Positions 27,839 to 36,708 of a stretch of DNA of 46,478 bases are shown one piece after another. A program made the position numbers and the translations under genes. The notes under the pieces were generated by a model that was given only the letters and a program-made list of their open reading frames with translations, had not been told where the DNA came from and made no database searches. Location: UHGV virus genome UHGV-1365323; one strand, 5' to 3'. The DNA is from a virus. Numbering within the stretch: position 1 is the first letter of the stretch; every line of letters begins with the position of its first letter.

Positions 27839-28011
27839 TGAACCCCGAACAATTCATAGAGAAAAACCTGCGCGAAAAACTGCCAGGCATCGACAACGCG
27901 GCCATAGAGGCTGCAATTACCCACTACAGGCGCAACCAGAGTGAAAAGAAGGGCAAGATTTTCGATGAATGCCTGAAGGTTGCAAAACAACACATGATAA
28001 AGGTGAAGTGA
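27838..28011 (+). CDS. Small basic ORF, 57 aa.
   Basis: Coupled starts (TAAATG). Confidence 0.3.
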   Translation: MNPEQFIEKNLREKLPGIDNAAIEAAITHYRRNQSEKKGKIFDECLKVAKQHMIKVK

Positions 28012-28547
28012 TGAAATTAAAAATCAGCAAGTTAATTCTTGAAGGCGCGTTGATGTTCCAGGCCAAACAGGATGTTCGCTATTACCTGAATGGCATTTGC
28101 TTTATGCCTGATGGTCGCGTTGCCGCTACTGACGGTCATCGCGCCATGATTGCCAGTAAGCATGAAAATAAATTGAAAGATAACGTTATCGTGTCAGTAA
28201 GCAAGTCGCCAACTAAGCGTTATTCCTATGCGTTACTGGACACTGAAACAAACATTGTCACCTACCATGACGAACATGAAATCATGGTAGGCGCAGGTAT
28301 CTGCTCTGAGATTAATGGCCGATTCCCTGACATTGATCGTGTTATCCCAAAGCAGACTGCGGCAACAGAGCAAATCTGCTTCAACGCCAAATATCTGGCA
28401 GATGTAGAGAAGCTGGCAAAGCTGTTTAACCCGAAATTTGAGGCGGTTCGCTTTGACCTGAATGGCAACATCAACGCCGCCGTCGCAAACATCAGTGCGC
28501 CTACTGGCGAGACTGCCAAAGTTATCGTTATGCCAATGAGGATTTAG
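28011..28547 (+). CDS. Homolog of DNA polymerase III beta sliding clamp (DnaN) domains II and III, 179 aa, lacking domain I.
   Basis: QDVRYYLNG...ATDGHR, GRFPDIDRVIPK, FNAKYLADV and VIVMPMRI align collinearly with the E. coli DnaN motifs QDVRYYLNG...ATDGHR, GRFPDYRRVLPK, FNVSYVLDV and YVVMPMRL. The DnaN sequence is recalled from memory. Confidence 0.65.
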   Translation: MKLKISKLILEGALMFQAKQDVRYYLNGICFMPDGRVAATDGHRAMIASKHENKLKDNVIVSVSKSPTKRYSYALLDTETNIVTYHDEHEIMVGAGICSEINGRFPDIDRVIPKQTAATEQICFNAKYLADVEKLAKLFNPKFEAVRFDLNGNINAAVANISAPTGETAKVIVMPMRI

Positions 28548-28549
28548 TG

Positions 28550-28690
28550 ATGAGTGACAGCATTGACGAAGATGATGTTTCTTTTGATACTGCTTGCGAG
28601 ATGGGGTTAGCCCCAAAGGATTTTCCAGAACCAAAAGAGCGCGACCACTTGCATGAAAAAGAAGATAAGGTTTGGTTCACGCTAAAATAA
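28550..28690 (+). CDS. Small acidic ORF, 46 aa.
   Basis: Ends at the terminator. Confidence 0.3.
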   Translation: MSDSIDEDDVSFDTACEMGLAPKDFPEPKERDHLHEKEDKVWFTLK

Positions 28691-28693
28691 ACC

Positions 28694-28716
28694 AAAGCCC
28701 CTCGCGGGGCTTTTCT
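28694..28716. terminator. Bidirectional intrinsic terminator (AAAGCCCC-TCG-CGGGGCTTTT).
   Basis: 8-bp GC stem plus T-run. Confidence 0.6.
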
Positions 28717-28909
28717 ATTTAGTTTTCTTCGCCTTTGGCTGTGATTCTTGTGGGGTTGCCACTTCCAGAATCTTCTCACTAACCGGGCGAAGTTTTGACT
28801 CAATGTGCGGGCTTGATTCGTCAATGATATCGCCAATAGCAAGCTCACGCAGGCGACCGTCTTTATCCTTGACAAAGATTCCGCTGGCGATAACTTCGTA
28901 TTTAGCCAT
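28715..28909 (-). CDS. Small protein, 64 aa, forming its own unit between two terminators immediately downstream of the capsid gene.
   Basis: GAGG Shine-Dalgarno; flanked by hairpin terminators on both sides. Confidence 0.45.
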   Translation of the reverse strand: MAKYEVIASGIFVKDKDGRLRELAIGDIIDESSPHIESKLRPVSEKILEVATPQESQPKAKKTK

Positions 28910-28926
28910 GATAACCTCTGATAGTT

Positions 28927-28952
28927 AAAAGGGGCTTTCGCCCCTTTATTTT
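28927..28952. terminator. Strong intrinsic terminator after the capsid gene (AAAGGGGC-TTTC-GCCCCTTTATTTTT).
   Basis: 8-bp GC stem plus a long T-run on the leftward transcript. Confidence 0.65.
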
Positions 28953-30025
28953 TACAGCGCGGTTTGCGTGCCGTAGCCGTTGAAAACTTTGCTTCGACCA
29001 TTGAAATCCTTACGGATTTGCAGGCCAAAAGCTGACCACACGAGGAAGTTAAAGTTATCGTGCGGGTTGGTACGGGCTGCTGCGTAGGTGGAAACAGGTT
29101 GAGCAACACGCGGACGGATGTACATGTCGTTGCGAACGTAACCAACGAAATGGTTGCCAGTCAGCAGGAAGTTGGTGCCAATCTTGCCGATGCGACCATT
29201 GCCGAACTGCGTGATGTACTGCTCAACAGTGCCGCCTTTGAAACCGGCCGCATCAGAATACGGACGCATGAAGCTGCGGCGCACTGCCGGGGAAACCCAC
29301 AGAGTCACCTGCTCAAATACGTTCTGCGCATCCAGAATAGCCTGGAAATCCTGATTGAAGAAGGTCACGATTTTATCTGGCGTTGCGGTTTGCAGGTCGA
29401 TATCCAGGCCGGGGGAATCGGTGCTCAGGTTAACCTGAATGGTGTTCGGGTGGTTGGTGATACCGTAACCAGTGTACACGCCGTTCACGTTCAGAGTCTG
29501 GTCGCCGGTCAGCAGGTACTGCGCCATGTCGGAACGCAGGTTGAAGGTGACGTTAGCCTGGTCATCCAGCAGCGGGTCAAAACCTTCAGATTGCATACCC
29601 AGCAGTTCGCGCCATTCGCGGCTGTATCCAGTCTTAAAGATTGGAATCACATCGCCAGTGTAATCGTAGCGAGTTTTATCCAAATCTTCCGGTTCCTGAC
29701 CAGACAGGGTGCGGACGACCTTACCAGCATCGGAAGCAATGCGACTAATTGCCACGGTCTTACCGATGTTGATGTTTGCCGCGATACCCATCAGGTCAGC
29801 CATCATATCCTGACCAGCTTCGTTGCGGAAAACGCGGGTGGTGACGTTATCCACGTCGCGCCAGTAATCTTTCGTTACCAGCGCGGTGGCGTTCACACCG
29901 TAGGTTTTCGCCAGCTCAGCCTCTGCATTGCAGAACATCTTGCGGTCGATGGTCAGATGTTTCCACTGGTCAGCCACTACTGCGGAGTTGGCTACCAAGT
30001 CTTTGGTAAAAATAATCTTTTCCAT
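28952..30025 (-). CDS. Major capsid protein, 357 aa.
   Basis: Size, position downstream of the scaffold/protease and decoration genes, strong terminator immediately after, and good codon usage. Confidence 0.6.
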   Translation of the reverse strand: MEKIIFTKDLVANSAVVADQWKHLTIDRKMFCNAEAELAKTYGVNATALVTKDYWRDVDNVTTRVFRNEAGQDMMADLMGIAANINIGKTVAISRIASDAGKVVRTLSGQEPEDLDKTRYDYTGDVIPIFKTGYSREWRELLGMQSEGFDPLLDDQANVTFNLRSDMAQYLLTGDQTLNVNGVYTGYGITNHPNTIQVNLSTDSPGLDIDLQTATPDKIVTFFNQDFQAILDAQNVFEQVTLWVSPAVRRSFMRPYSDAAGFKGGTVEQYITQFGNGRIGKIGTNFLLTGNHFVGYVRNDMYIRPRVAQPVSTYAAARTNPHDNFNFLVWSAFGLQIRKDFNGRSKVFNGYGTQTAL

Positions 30026-30498
30026 TACATTTCTCCAGCAGGAATGGAAGCATTGCCAGCGCGACGAACTGCAACCAGCTCAGCGCCATCAGAGGCAACG
30101 GTATAAGTTTCATCGGAATAGAACAGGATATTTTCCTTATTAGCGGCAACTTTCAGCGCACCAGTGCCATCACTTGCCAGCGGAGTGCCTTTCTTCAATT
30201 GGGAGTTTTTAGCAACCAGTGCGTGATAGGTGACGCCAAATTCACACTGCACAGCCATGCCAGTAGCGCCAGCGGGAACATCTTCAGATACATCACCACC
30301 ACCGAGGTAGTTATGCTGGAGCACATAAGGGAAACCCTGACCACCAGCGGTAGCGTGTGCGATGATTTTGTCATCGGCAGTATCGAAGTCAACCAGTGCG
30401 CCCGGCTTCAACGCTGCCTTCATGATGCCTTCACGAATCTGCGGGTCATTTTTGCGGGCCGGGCCGCCGATGATGGTGCCATAACGGATAGTAGCCAT
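30025..30498 (-). CDS. Putative head decoration or DUF2190-like structural protein, 157 aa.
   Basis: Gly-rich; located between the scaffold gene and the capsid gene. Confidence 0.4.
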   Translation of the reverse strand: MATIRYGTIIGGPARKNDPQIREGIMKAALKPGALVDFDTADDKIIAHATAGGQGFPYVLQHNYLGGGDVSEDVPAGATGMAVQCEFGVTYHALVAKNSQLKKGTPLASDGTGALKVAANKENILFYSDETYTVASDGAELVAVRRAGNASIPAGEM

Positions 30499-31898
30499 TA
30501 TTCAGGTGCCTCCATATCAAAATCTTCTTCGGCGCGGTTCGGCTGGAACCCGCCGGAAATCGGAGCCGCTTTACTGGTGAGTGCATAGGTTTCACGCAGT
30601 GCTTCGCCAGTCAGCGCATTAACAGCAGATTCCGGCAACTTCAGCTCAGCCATAATGGCGGCGCGCATTGCGGTTTCTTCCTGTGCGGCATTGGCTTGCA
30701 GCTGGTCGCGCAGGGTTTTGTTTTGCGCCTCCACATCGGCCAGTTTCTGGTTGACTGCGGTCAACGATTCCTGAACCGGTTTGAGGGCATCGGCTAATAC
30801 AGCCTGTAATTCCTCGTTAGTCATTGAGATTTCCCCTTGAGTTGTTTTTACCGGTTCAAGCTCTGTCTTATAAACAGCCTTAACCCGTTCGCCGACTAAT
30901 TCTACCATATCCTCACGGACGATGTAGGACTGCATATAAATGGTGCCGTCAATCTCAACGCCAAAGTAATTATCATAAACGGCGACGATATAAGGCCATG
31001 AGTCGTCTGACATCTCGGCCTTGATGATATTGTGGAGCTGCGCGGTAATATCGGTGAATGACAATTGATTGCCAGTAAGGCGATTGATTGCACGCTGCCA
31101 CCATTTGATTTTGTTTGCGCTTTCGTCTGGCATTGCCGATTCCTCAAGGTTAACTACAACGCGCTCAATGTCTTCTCCGTTAGCAGCAAATATACCGACA
31201 CCATCAGCAGGGCCGCCAGCACCGGGAATACCAGGCGGAAGAATGGCGAGGTGGTCCCACTCCATATTCCGGGCAATCCAGGAATATTTTTTACCCTTGG
31301 AAGTTCCTGATGCCTGCTCACGGTTGAGTAACAGGCCGGTAGACACCTGAACAGGCTCAGCGTCAGCGCTGTTAACTTTGAGGCCATCAATTCTCGAAAG
31401 CAACTCCCGGCCCTTATCAGATCGCTCGGCTACAACCTTATTAATATAAAGGTCTACCAGCACCTTACTGCCGTCATGGGATGAGTTCTCAATCCATGCA
31501 CCAACGCCGAACTGATTGGCGGCCCGCGTCATGTTGGCCGATACGTATTTGCCGTCAATCTTCGGGTGGTCATATGGTGCCGGTTTTCCATCAAGACCAT
31601 GGAATGATTTTTTAATCTCATCGCCAGGGTACAGGCCGCCGTTCATGACAATATCATCCACCACCGGCACGACATTCTTGATGACATAGTGCGGTTCGCC
31701 ATCAATGATTTTTTCACCGATGTTGCTGGCTGAGTTGATGGTGTACAGGATGTTAACCTGTAATTTATTATTCATGTGCTTGAATGCTTCCACCTCAGCA
31801 AGGCGCTTTTTCGCCGCCTCTTCGGTGTCGTACTCGCCAAACTGGTGCGAGCCATCCTTAGATTTAACGACCCACTTGTCGCCAATTTTGACAATCAT
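30498..31898 (-). CDS. Putative prohead protease / scaffold fusion, 466 aa.
   Basis: C-terminal coiled coil (scaffold-like); position upstream of the decoration and capsid genes. Confidence 0.45.
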   Translation of the reverse strand: MIVKIGDKWVVKSKDGSHQFGEYDTEEAAKKRLAEVEAFKHMNNKLQVNILYTINSASNIGEKIIDGEPHYVIKNVVPVVDDIVMNGGLYPGDEIKKSFHGLDGKPAPYDHPKIDGKYVSANMTRAANQFGVGAWIENSSHDGSKVLVDLYINKVVAERSDKGRELLSRIDGLKVNSADAEPVQVSTGLLLNREQASGTSKGKKYSWIARNMEWDHLAILPPGIPGAGGPADGVGIFAANGEDIERVVVNLEESAMPDESANKIKWWQRAINRLTGNQLSFTDITAQLHNIIKAEMSDDSWPYIVAVYDNYFGVEIDGTIYMQSYIVREDMVELVGERVKAVYKTELEPVKTTQGEISMTNEELQAVLADALKPVQESLTAVNQKLADVEAQNKTLRDQLQANAAQEETAMRAAIMAELKLPESAVNALTGEALRETYALTSKAAPISGGFQPNRAEEDFDMEAPE

Positions 31899-31913
31899 GA
31901 CCTTTCTCCGCGC

Positions 31914-32036
31914 TTACTTTATGCCCGGATTATAACACACCATGAATATGCACCACGAAACGGACGCGAGAAGGTAAAGCGGAGACGCGGTAAAAGCGAA
32001 AAGAGTAGCAAAGAATGATATCAGTATGATTGGCAT
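31914..32036 (-). CDS. Small hydrophobic peptide, 40 aa, with a strong AGGAGG Shine-Dalgarno.
   Basis: CAGGAGGTAGCAGCC-ATG; single transmembrane-like segment. Confidence 0.35.
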   Translation of the reverse strand: MPIILISFFATLFAFTASPLYLLASVSWCIFMVCYNPGIK

Positions 32037-32080
32037 GGCTGCTACCTCCTGAATGCAAGGTAACAGCCACGGAAGAGAAT

Positions 32081-32425
32081 TTATTGAGGACTATTCTTAT
32101 TTAACATTCCGCAGTTAACTTTTGCGCGGTTTACGGCATCCATGAATTTACCGACAGGCATCGTTTTGCGGATTTCAGCCAGAATGGCGCCGTGCAACAT
32201 TCTGTCTTCGCCGTAGTAGAGCTTATCAAGGCGAGTGCGAACCAGTGCGCGGGTGCGCTGCATATGTCCCTTTGCCTTCATGGCTTTCTCTCTCCATACC
32301 TTATTTCCATTTTGATTGCCAGCAAGCTGGCGCTCGATATCCTCAATCTCAAAGGCAAGCGTCATATCAATGTCATCCAGTTCGCTGATTGTTGCTTCCA
32401 TGATTTCGTTAAGTTGTAGTTTCAT
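32081..32425 (-). CDS. Hypothetical protein, 114 aa.
   Basis: Part of the array of small leftward genes. Confidence 0.45.
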   Translation of the reverse strand: MKLQLNEIMEATISELDDIDMTLAFEIEDIERQLAGNQNGNKVWREKAMKAKGHMQRTRALVRTRLDKLYYGEDRMLHGAILAEIRKTMPVGKFMDAVNRAKVNCGMLNKNSPQ

Positions 32426-32742
32426 TTTTTCACCCTCAACCCGTGACTAATAATGATTTTACGAACAGCAAGATAAAAACCAACCTCTCTAAACTTGCCA
32501 TTGGATGATGAATACCATCTTTTATCTTCGATAGCCGGAAGCTCAATTTCAACCGCTTGCCGTGATGCTTGCCATGATTCCCACATTGCATCAATTGTTT
32601 CTGACGAGTACCCGTCACCGCACCATAACTCACTCCATCCAGATAATGGTTTGTCACCAAACCACTTTTCAAACCACGCCTCAAACTGCTCTCTACTCGT
32701 CATTTTCGTCATCAGCACACTCTCCGCACCACATGCATACAT
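32422..32742 (-). CDS. Hypothetical Trp-rich protein.
   Basis: ORF; overlapping starts. Confidence 0.4.
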   Translation of the reverse strand: MYACGAESVLMTKMTSREQFEAWFEKWFGDKPLSGWSELWCGDGYSSETIDAMWESWQASRQAVEIELPAIEDKRWYSSSNGKFREVGFYLAVRKIIISHGLRVKK

Positions 32743-32893
32743 AATAAATATCTGGATAGCTTCCTTTGCTAACCCATTCGTGCTGGCATTCTGTTTCTTC
32801 CACTATCCACCCCATCTCTCTGCGATTATTGGCTGTGCGTTCACAATTGGTGACAAACAGCACGGTTCCTGATTTATGCTTTACCGCCCACAT
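32693..32893 (-). CDS. Small zinc-binding protein (CxxC...C...CxxC).
   Basis: Cys pattern. Confidence 0.35.
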   Translation of the reverse strand: MWAVKHKSGTVLFVTNCERTANNRREMGWIVEETECQHEWVSKGSYPDIYYVCMWCGECADDENDE

Positions 32894-33369
32894 GACTGGC
32901 GCGCCCCGGCAAGCAGCTTTTCAAACATCATCCTGTCACGGCTCATGCCAAATGGGATGATCTCCTGCCAGTAATATTTCCACGCGCCGCCGGGAAGCAT
33001 TTCACGATCAACCTGACCAATGCTTGCCAGATAGCGCATGCGCGCCTTGAGGATGGTGTAGTTGACGCCGACAGCCTCCGCTATCTGCTTGCTCTTGCGC
33101 CCTGGATTCGCCTCAAGATAGGTCTGAATTGCAAGGTCAAGCGCGGTATTATCGGGATTGAGGAAATACTTAAAGCAGCGCCGACCATGACTAATTGCTT
33201 CCTCTTTAATAATAAATCCCATACCCTCCAGCTCAATCAGATAGCCGGTAACGCTGGCACGGTTTGTCATGCCAGTCTGCTTGCGTATCATGGCATTGGT
33301 TGCGCCGCCGCAGCGCTCTATCACCGTTAGTATTTGCGTTTTAAAGTCCATTTGCGCGCTCCAGTGCAT
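32881..33369 (-). CDS. Tandem winged-helix DNA-binding protein; putative transcriptional regulator.
   Basis: Two winged-helix-like segments (IRKQTGMTNRASVTGYLIELEGMGFI and IAEAVGVNYTILKARMRYLASIGQV). Confidence 0.45.
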   Translation of the reverse strand: MHWSAQMDFKTQILTVIERCGGATNAMIRKQTGMTNRASVTGYLIELEGMGFIIKEEAISHGRRCFKYFLNPDNTALDLAIQTYLEANPGRKSKQIAEAVGVNYTILKARMRYLASIGQVDREMLPGGAWKYYWQEIIPFGMSRDRMMFEKLLAGARQSCGR

Positions 33370-33589
33370 CCTGTTTGTAGTCGTCAGCGGTATAGAGGTG
33401 GCCGTTTCGGGTGTTCCATTTCTTTACGGCGTCATCCAGCAATGGCCAGTAGTCAGTTCCATTACCACACTCTGCACAGGCAACGAAAAAATCGTCTCCC
33501 TGACTATCGCTGTAAGCATCATTGCTACCGCAAAAAGGACACTCCAGCAACCCTTCATCATTCATCATTGGTTTCATTTCGCCACCCAT
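33341..33589 (-). CDS. Lar-family (restriction alleviation-like) zinc-ribbon protein.
   Basis: LECPFCGSND...CAECG matches the Lar CPFCG zinc-ribbon signature. Confidence 0.5.
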   Translation of the reverse strand: MGGEMKPMMNDEGLLECPFCGSNDAYSDSQGDDFFVACAECGNGTDYWPLLDDAVKKWNTRNGHLYTADDYKQDALERANGL

Positions 33590-33765
33590 TCACCAATATT
33601 GCTGAAATGCGGGCGCCCTTCTCGCCACTCGATAATTTCGCGGTTAACTTGCCGTTGCATACGGTTGCGAACCTCGCGCAATTCGCTTTCGACCCAAGCG
33701 CGAGTGCGGTCGAGTTCTTCCAGCTTGTTCAGCAACTCTTTTTCATACACCTGATCAGTAGTCAT
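33574..33765 (-). CDS. Small coiled-coil protein.
   Basis: ORF; heptad-like sequence. Confidence 0.4.
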   Translation of the reverse strand: MTTDQVYEKELLNKLEELDRTRAWVESELREVRNRMQRQVNREIIEWREGRPHFSNIGEWVAK

Positions 33766-33931
33766 TTTTTCTCTCCATCAGCACTTTATAGTGAACGCCA
33801 TAATATTTGAGTACCTGACTATGGTTATGCAGATACCCGTCATCATCTTCAATCGGTAGTCTTACCACGATGTAAAACGCCCGGTAGAGTTCTGTCCATC
33901 CATGACAACATTTGCGCTTCCTCGGCTTCAT
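33755..33931 (-). CDS. Small basic protein; start set at the internal Met.
   Basis: The longer annotated form overlaps the upstream gene by 149 nt. Confidence 0.3.
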   Translation of the reverse strand: MKPRKRKCCHGWTELYRAFYIVVRLPIEDDDGYLHNHSQVLKYYGVHYKVLMERKNDY

Positions 33932-34064
33932 GGGCGGCCTCCATAGCAGCCAGGTCAATGCGCTGCTCGATAGATTTAATGATTGACTCTGGCACATTAA
34001 GCATTTGCAGAGTCTCCCGGCAATCGCGCTTATGAACCTCTGTCACCTCCTGCCACTTCTTCAT
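33849..34064 (-). CDS. Hypothetical protein, 71 aa.
   Basis: ORF; first gene after the HNH gene. Confidence 0.35.
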   Translation of the reverse strand: MKKWQEVTEVHKRDCRETLQMLNVPESIIKSIEQRIDLAAMEAAHEAEEAQMLSWMDRTLPGVLHRGKTTD

Positions 34065-34582
34065 TCCACACCACCTTTTATCATTCTTTTTGGCCTATTG
34101 ATTCCATGGTTTTCATGGAAACCATATTTCATTTCAGCTTCAAGTCTGGCCTTTATTGCTTCGCTCTTTTCTGAAAAGCGACCTAAGTGCAGCCTTGTTC
34201 CGTTTAAGACTATTTGCGCGTACCACTTGCCGCGCTTTTTATCAAAACAAACACCAACAACACCACTGGTGTTGTCGCTCCTGATTGAACTGTTTCTCGT
34301 GTTTTCTCTCCTGTTAACAAGCCTGAGATTCTCTATTCGGTTGTCATCTCTGATGTGGTTGATGTGATCAATTTCCATGTCTTCCGGTATTGGTCCGTTA
34401 AATAGCTCCCAAACAATCCTGTGCTCATATGTCTGGGTGTATTTTACTTTTACCTTTCGATAACCTGTCGTTGGCTCCAGGCACCCAATCCTTGCGCCAG
34501 CCTTTACGTTGTTTGACGGCTTAACCTTCCAGTAAAGCTTGCCGTTTTCGTAAACAAACAAGTCAATAAAGTTCATATCCAC
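34061..34582 (-). CDS. HNH homing endonuclease with an AP2 domain.
   Basis: IDHINHIRDDNRIENLRL plus NTSGVVGVCFDKKRGKWYA. Confidence 0.8.
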   Translation of the reverse strand: MDMNFIDLFVYENGKLYWKVKPSNNVKAGARIGCLEPTTGYRKVKVKYTQTYEHRIVWELFNGPIPEDMEIDHINHIRDDNRIENLRLVNRRENTRNSSIRSDNTSGVVGVCFDKKRGKWYAQIVLNGTRLHLGRFSEKSEAIKARLEAEMKYGFHENHGINRPKRMIKGGVE

Positions 34583-34630
34583 ATCACTCGCATTAAGATG
34601 TTATAATCTACAACACCTAGTATTGACTAA

Positions 34631-34659
34631 TTGACGTAGATTCGTCAAGATGATTTTCA
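34631..34659 (+). promoter_or_regulatory. Promoter-family copy (TTGACGTAGATT); a second TTGACT lies 8 nt upstream.
   Basis: Exact 12-mer; the -10 hexamer is weak. Confidence 0.45.
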
Positions 34660-34672
34660 CAGGAGAGACGAG

Positions 34673-34873
34673 ATGGCGAGACAACGCAAAGAACCACTGG
34701 AAGTACTGACTGAGATTATCGCTAAGCGCCAGCCGTTAAGCCTGCGAGATGTCAGATATTACGCGCACTGCTATGTAGCAATGCGTGAATGGAGCGCTGA
34801 AAAAATGTATTCGTTTGTGCGCGAACACTTCAGCGTGGATGAAAAAAACAAGGTTACATTGAGAGGTGAGTGA
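34673..34873 (+). CDS. Hypothetical protein, 66 aa.
   Basis: GGAGAG Shine-Dalgarno; first gene of the cassette. Confidence 0.45.
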   Translation: MARQRKEPLEVLTEIIAKRQPLSLRDVRYYAHCYVAMREWSAEKMYSFVREHFSVDEKNKVTLRGE

Positions 34874-35424
34874 TGAAATACAAATACCTGAAGGGAAGCG
34901 CTGATTATTTTAACGGCCATGAAGATGCAGTCCTGGTTGTGAGGTCGGCAACCAGTGGAAAAATCTACTGGCTCAGCGCGGATTATGCAGGACGAGATAA
35001 GGATATCGAAAAGGCTGGTGATATTGTTGTCGCTCATCGTGAGCCAATCACCGACGAGGATGATTTGAATGGATGCGACAGTTCACCAGGATGCCGCGTG
35101 AAAGCTGGTGAATTGATAATGGACGGCAAGTGGCATGATGCCAACATTGGCGGCAGTGATGAAACAGAAGCCCTCATCACCGAGCGAGGCAATCGCTATG
35201 GCAAATTCAAAGACGGCGCAGAAATCATGCAGTCACTGAAAGACACCATGCGCGACGTTGACGGCTGGAACAACCTGATGGCGAGCCAGAAGGAAGCGCT
35301 CGACATGATTCAGCATAAAATAGGTCGAATCCTGAATGGCGACCCGACATATGACGACAGCTGGAAAGACATTGCTGGCTATGCAACATTAATTGTTAAT
35401 GAACTGAATGGGGAGGTGAAGTGA
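34870..35424 (+). CDS. Hypothetical protein, 184 aa; the C-terminal all-alpha region is conserved-looking but unassigned.
   Basis: Coupled start. Confidence 0.45.
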   Translation: MMKYKYLKGSADYFNGHEDAVLVVRSATSGKIYWLSADYAGRDKDIEKAGDIVVAHREPITDEDDLNGCDSSPGCRVKAGELIMDGKWHDANIGGSDETEALITERGNRYGKFKDGAEIMQSLKDTMRDVDGWNNLMASQKEALDMIQHKIGRILNGDPTYDDSWKDIAGYATLIVNELNGEVK

Positions 35425-35618
35425 TGGCGGATTTCGGAAGCACTAAAAGAGATGCAACATGGACGGAGTGGCAGGAGCAGCTCGTTTCAATGCTGGAAAT
35501 TAACGGTTATAACCCTGATTTCTGCGATATTGCGGAGAATAGCGTTGCGCATTCAGCATATGAGCGCGGCGTGGCGGTTAGTGACTTCTTTTATGATAAT
35601 TATGAGGCCGATGAGTGA
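35421..35618 (+). CDS. Small acidic protein.
   Basis: Coupled start. Confidence 0.4.
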   Translation: MMADFGSTKRDATWTEWQEQLVSMLEINGYNPDFCDIAENSVAHSAYERGVAVSDFFYDNYEADE

Positions 35619-35980
35619 TGAAAAGACTCCTGAAAAACATCGCATGGGATATCTTCCTGACGTGGCCGCTGATTTACTTCGGCCTGTTTATGCAAAATGT
35701 GTATGCATACAATATGGCAATGGCTTTTTTCTGGTTCATGTCGATTGCGTCAATCATTGCATCGGTTGGCTTGCTGTCAAGCAAAGACCTGCTTGATAAA
35801 TCCGTTGCTCGCTACAAAAAGCCGCTATGGATTCATCATAAATACCAGGTTGTGACGACATTTTGCGAAATAGCAGTGATGTTCGCGCTTGGTTATTTCT
35901 GGCTTGGTGGATTTTATCTGACCGCGACTCTGTTTCGCGCTGCCGCCAATGATAAAGTGACAGAGGAGGCTGGTAAATAA
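35615..35980 (+). CDS. Integral membrane protein with about four transmembrane helices.
   Basis: Four hydrophobic segments. Confidence 0.5.
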   Translation: MMKRLLKNIAWDIFLTWPLIYFGLFMQNVYAYNMAMAFFWFMSIASIIASVGLLSSKDLLDKSVARYKKPLWIHHKYQVVTTFCEIAVMFALGYFWLGGFYLTATLFRAAANDKVTEEAGK

Positions 35981-36120
35981 TGCCGGTAAGGCAGAATAGA
36001 GTACCAAAGGCCTACATCATCACCAGCAATCGTGGGCGCCGCTATCTGGCGTTTGCTGGTAGTGTTGAGCATCAAAACGCAATCATGTTTGGTTACAAAA
36101 TGGAGGCGCTTTATGCATAA
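35980..36120 (+). CDS. Small basic ORF, 46 aa.
   Basis: Coupled start; ends before the terminator. Confidence 0.3.
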   Translation: MPVRQNRVPKAYIITSNRGRRYLAFAGSVEHQNAIMFGYKMEALYA

Positions 36121-36142
36121 CTCCGTGGAACTAATTTAAAAC

Positions 36143-36168
36143 AAAGCCCCTTTATGGGGCTTTTTTAT
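36143..36168. terminator. Bidirectional intrinsic terminator (AAAGCCCC-TTTAT-GGGGCTTTTTT).
   Basis: 8-bp stem plus T-run. Confidence 0.65.
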
Positions 36169-36198
36169 TGCGCAGAGAGTTGTACTGAGCCTCACAAG

Positions 36199-36708
36199 TC
36201 AATCCTGCTTCTCTTGTCTCACGCCGTTGCAAGCAAAATCTCCGTGAAGCTTCATCCTGGCTCGTTCTATAGCCATAGATGCCGATTCAATTGATGTGTG
36301 CCTGCCAAGCCATACGGTTTTTTGATTTATCTTTATTTGAGCACACCATTTATTATTCCTTTTATCCCAACTAACGCCCTTGATTCCTGATGTGTTTGTT
36401 GCTGGCTTGATGGTGTTCATTCCATTTTGAGATCTACTCGCAAGCCTTAGATTGCAAATCCTGTTGTCATCCCTAACTCCATTAATGTGATCCACCTCAA
36501 CATGTGGCATGTCGCCATATACATATAGCCAAGCCAACCTGTGAAGGTAAAACTTTCTGCGCTCAATTTCTATTTGTAGATATCCATTGCGCTTGCGGCT
36601 ACCTGCTATTTTCCCATCAATCTTTCTACCAGGCTTATTCCAGTAAAATAAACCACTTGACGGTGAGTAATGCAGTATCTTTTTTATGTATTCTTGATTA
36701 AGCATCAT
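36199..36708 (-). CDS. HNH homing endonuclease with an AP2 domain.
   Basis: VDHINGVRDDNRICNLRL plus NTSGIKGVSWDKRNNKWCA. Confidence 0.8.
   Translation of the reverse strand: MMLNQEYIKKILHYSPSSGLFYWNKPGRKIDGKIAGSRKRNGYLQIEIERRKFYLHRLAWLYVYGDMPHVEVDHINGVRDDNRICNLRLASRSQNGMNTIKPATNTSGIKGVSWDKRNNKWCAQIKINQKTVWLGRHTSIESASMAIERARMKLHGDFACNGVRQEKQD

Noticed and set aside
29060-30106. 348-aa forward ORF antisense to the capsid gene.
   Set aside because: Val/Gly/His-rich antisense artefact. The reverse-strand capsid gene is flanked by correct signals: a coupled start with the decoration gene and a strong terminator.
31920-31960. Extended -10 promoter (TGTTATAAT) upstream of the protease/scaffold gene.
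   Set aside because: It lies inside the 40-aa ORF that carries a strong AGGAGG Shine-Dalgarno. It cannot be distinguished from coding sequence and the -35 is weak; not listed as a feature.
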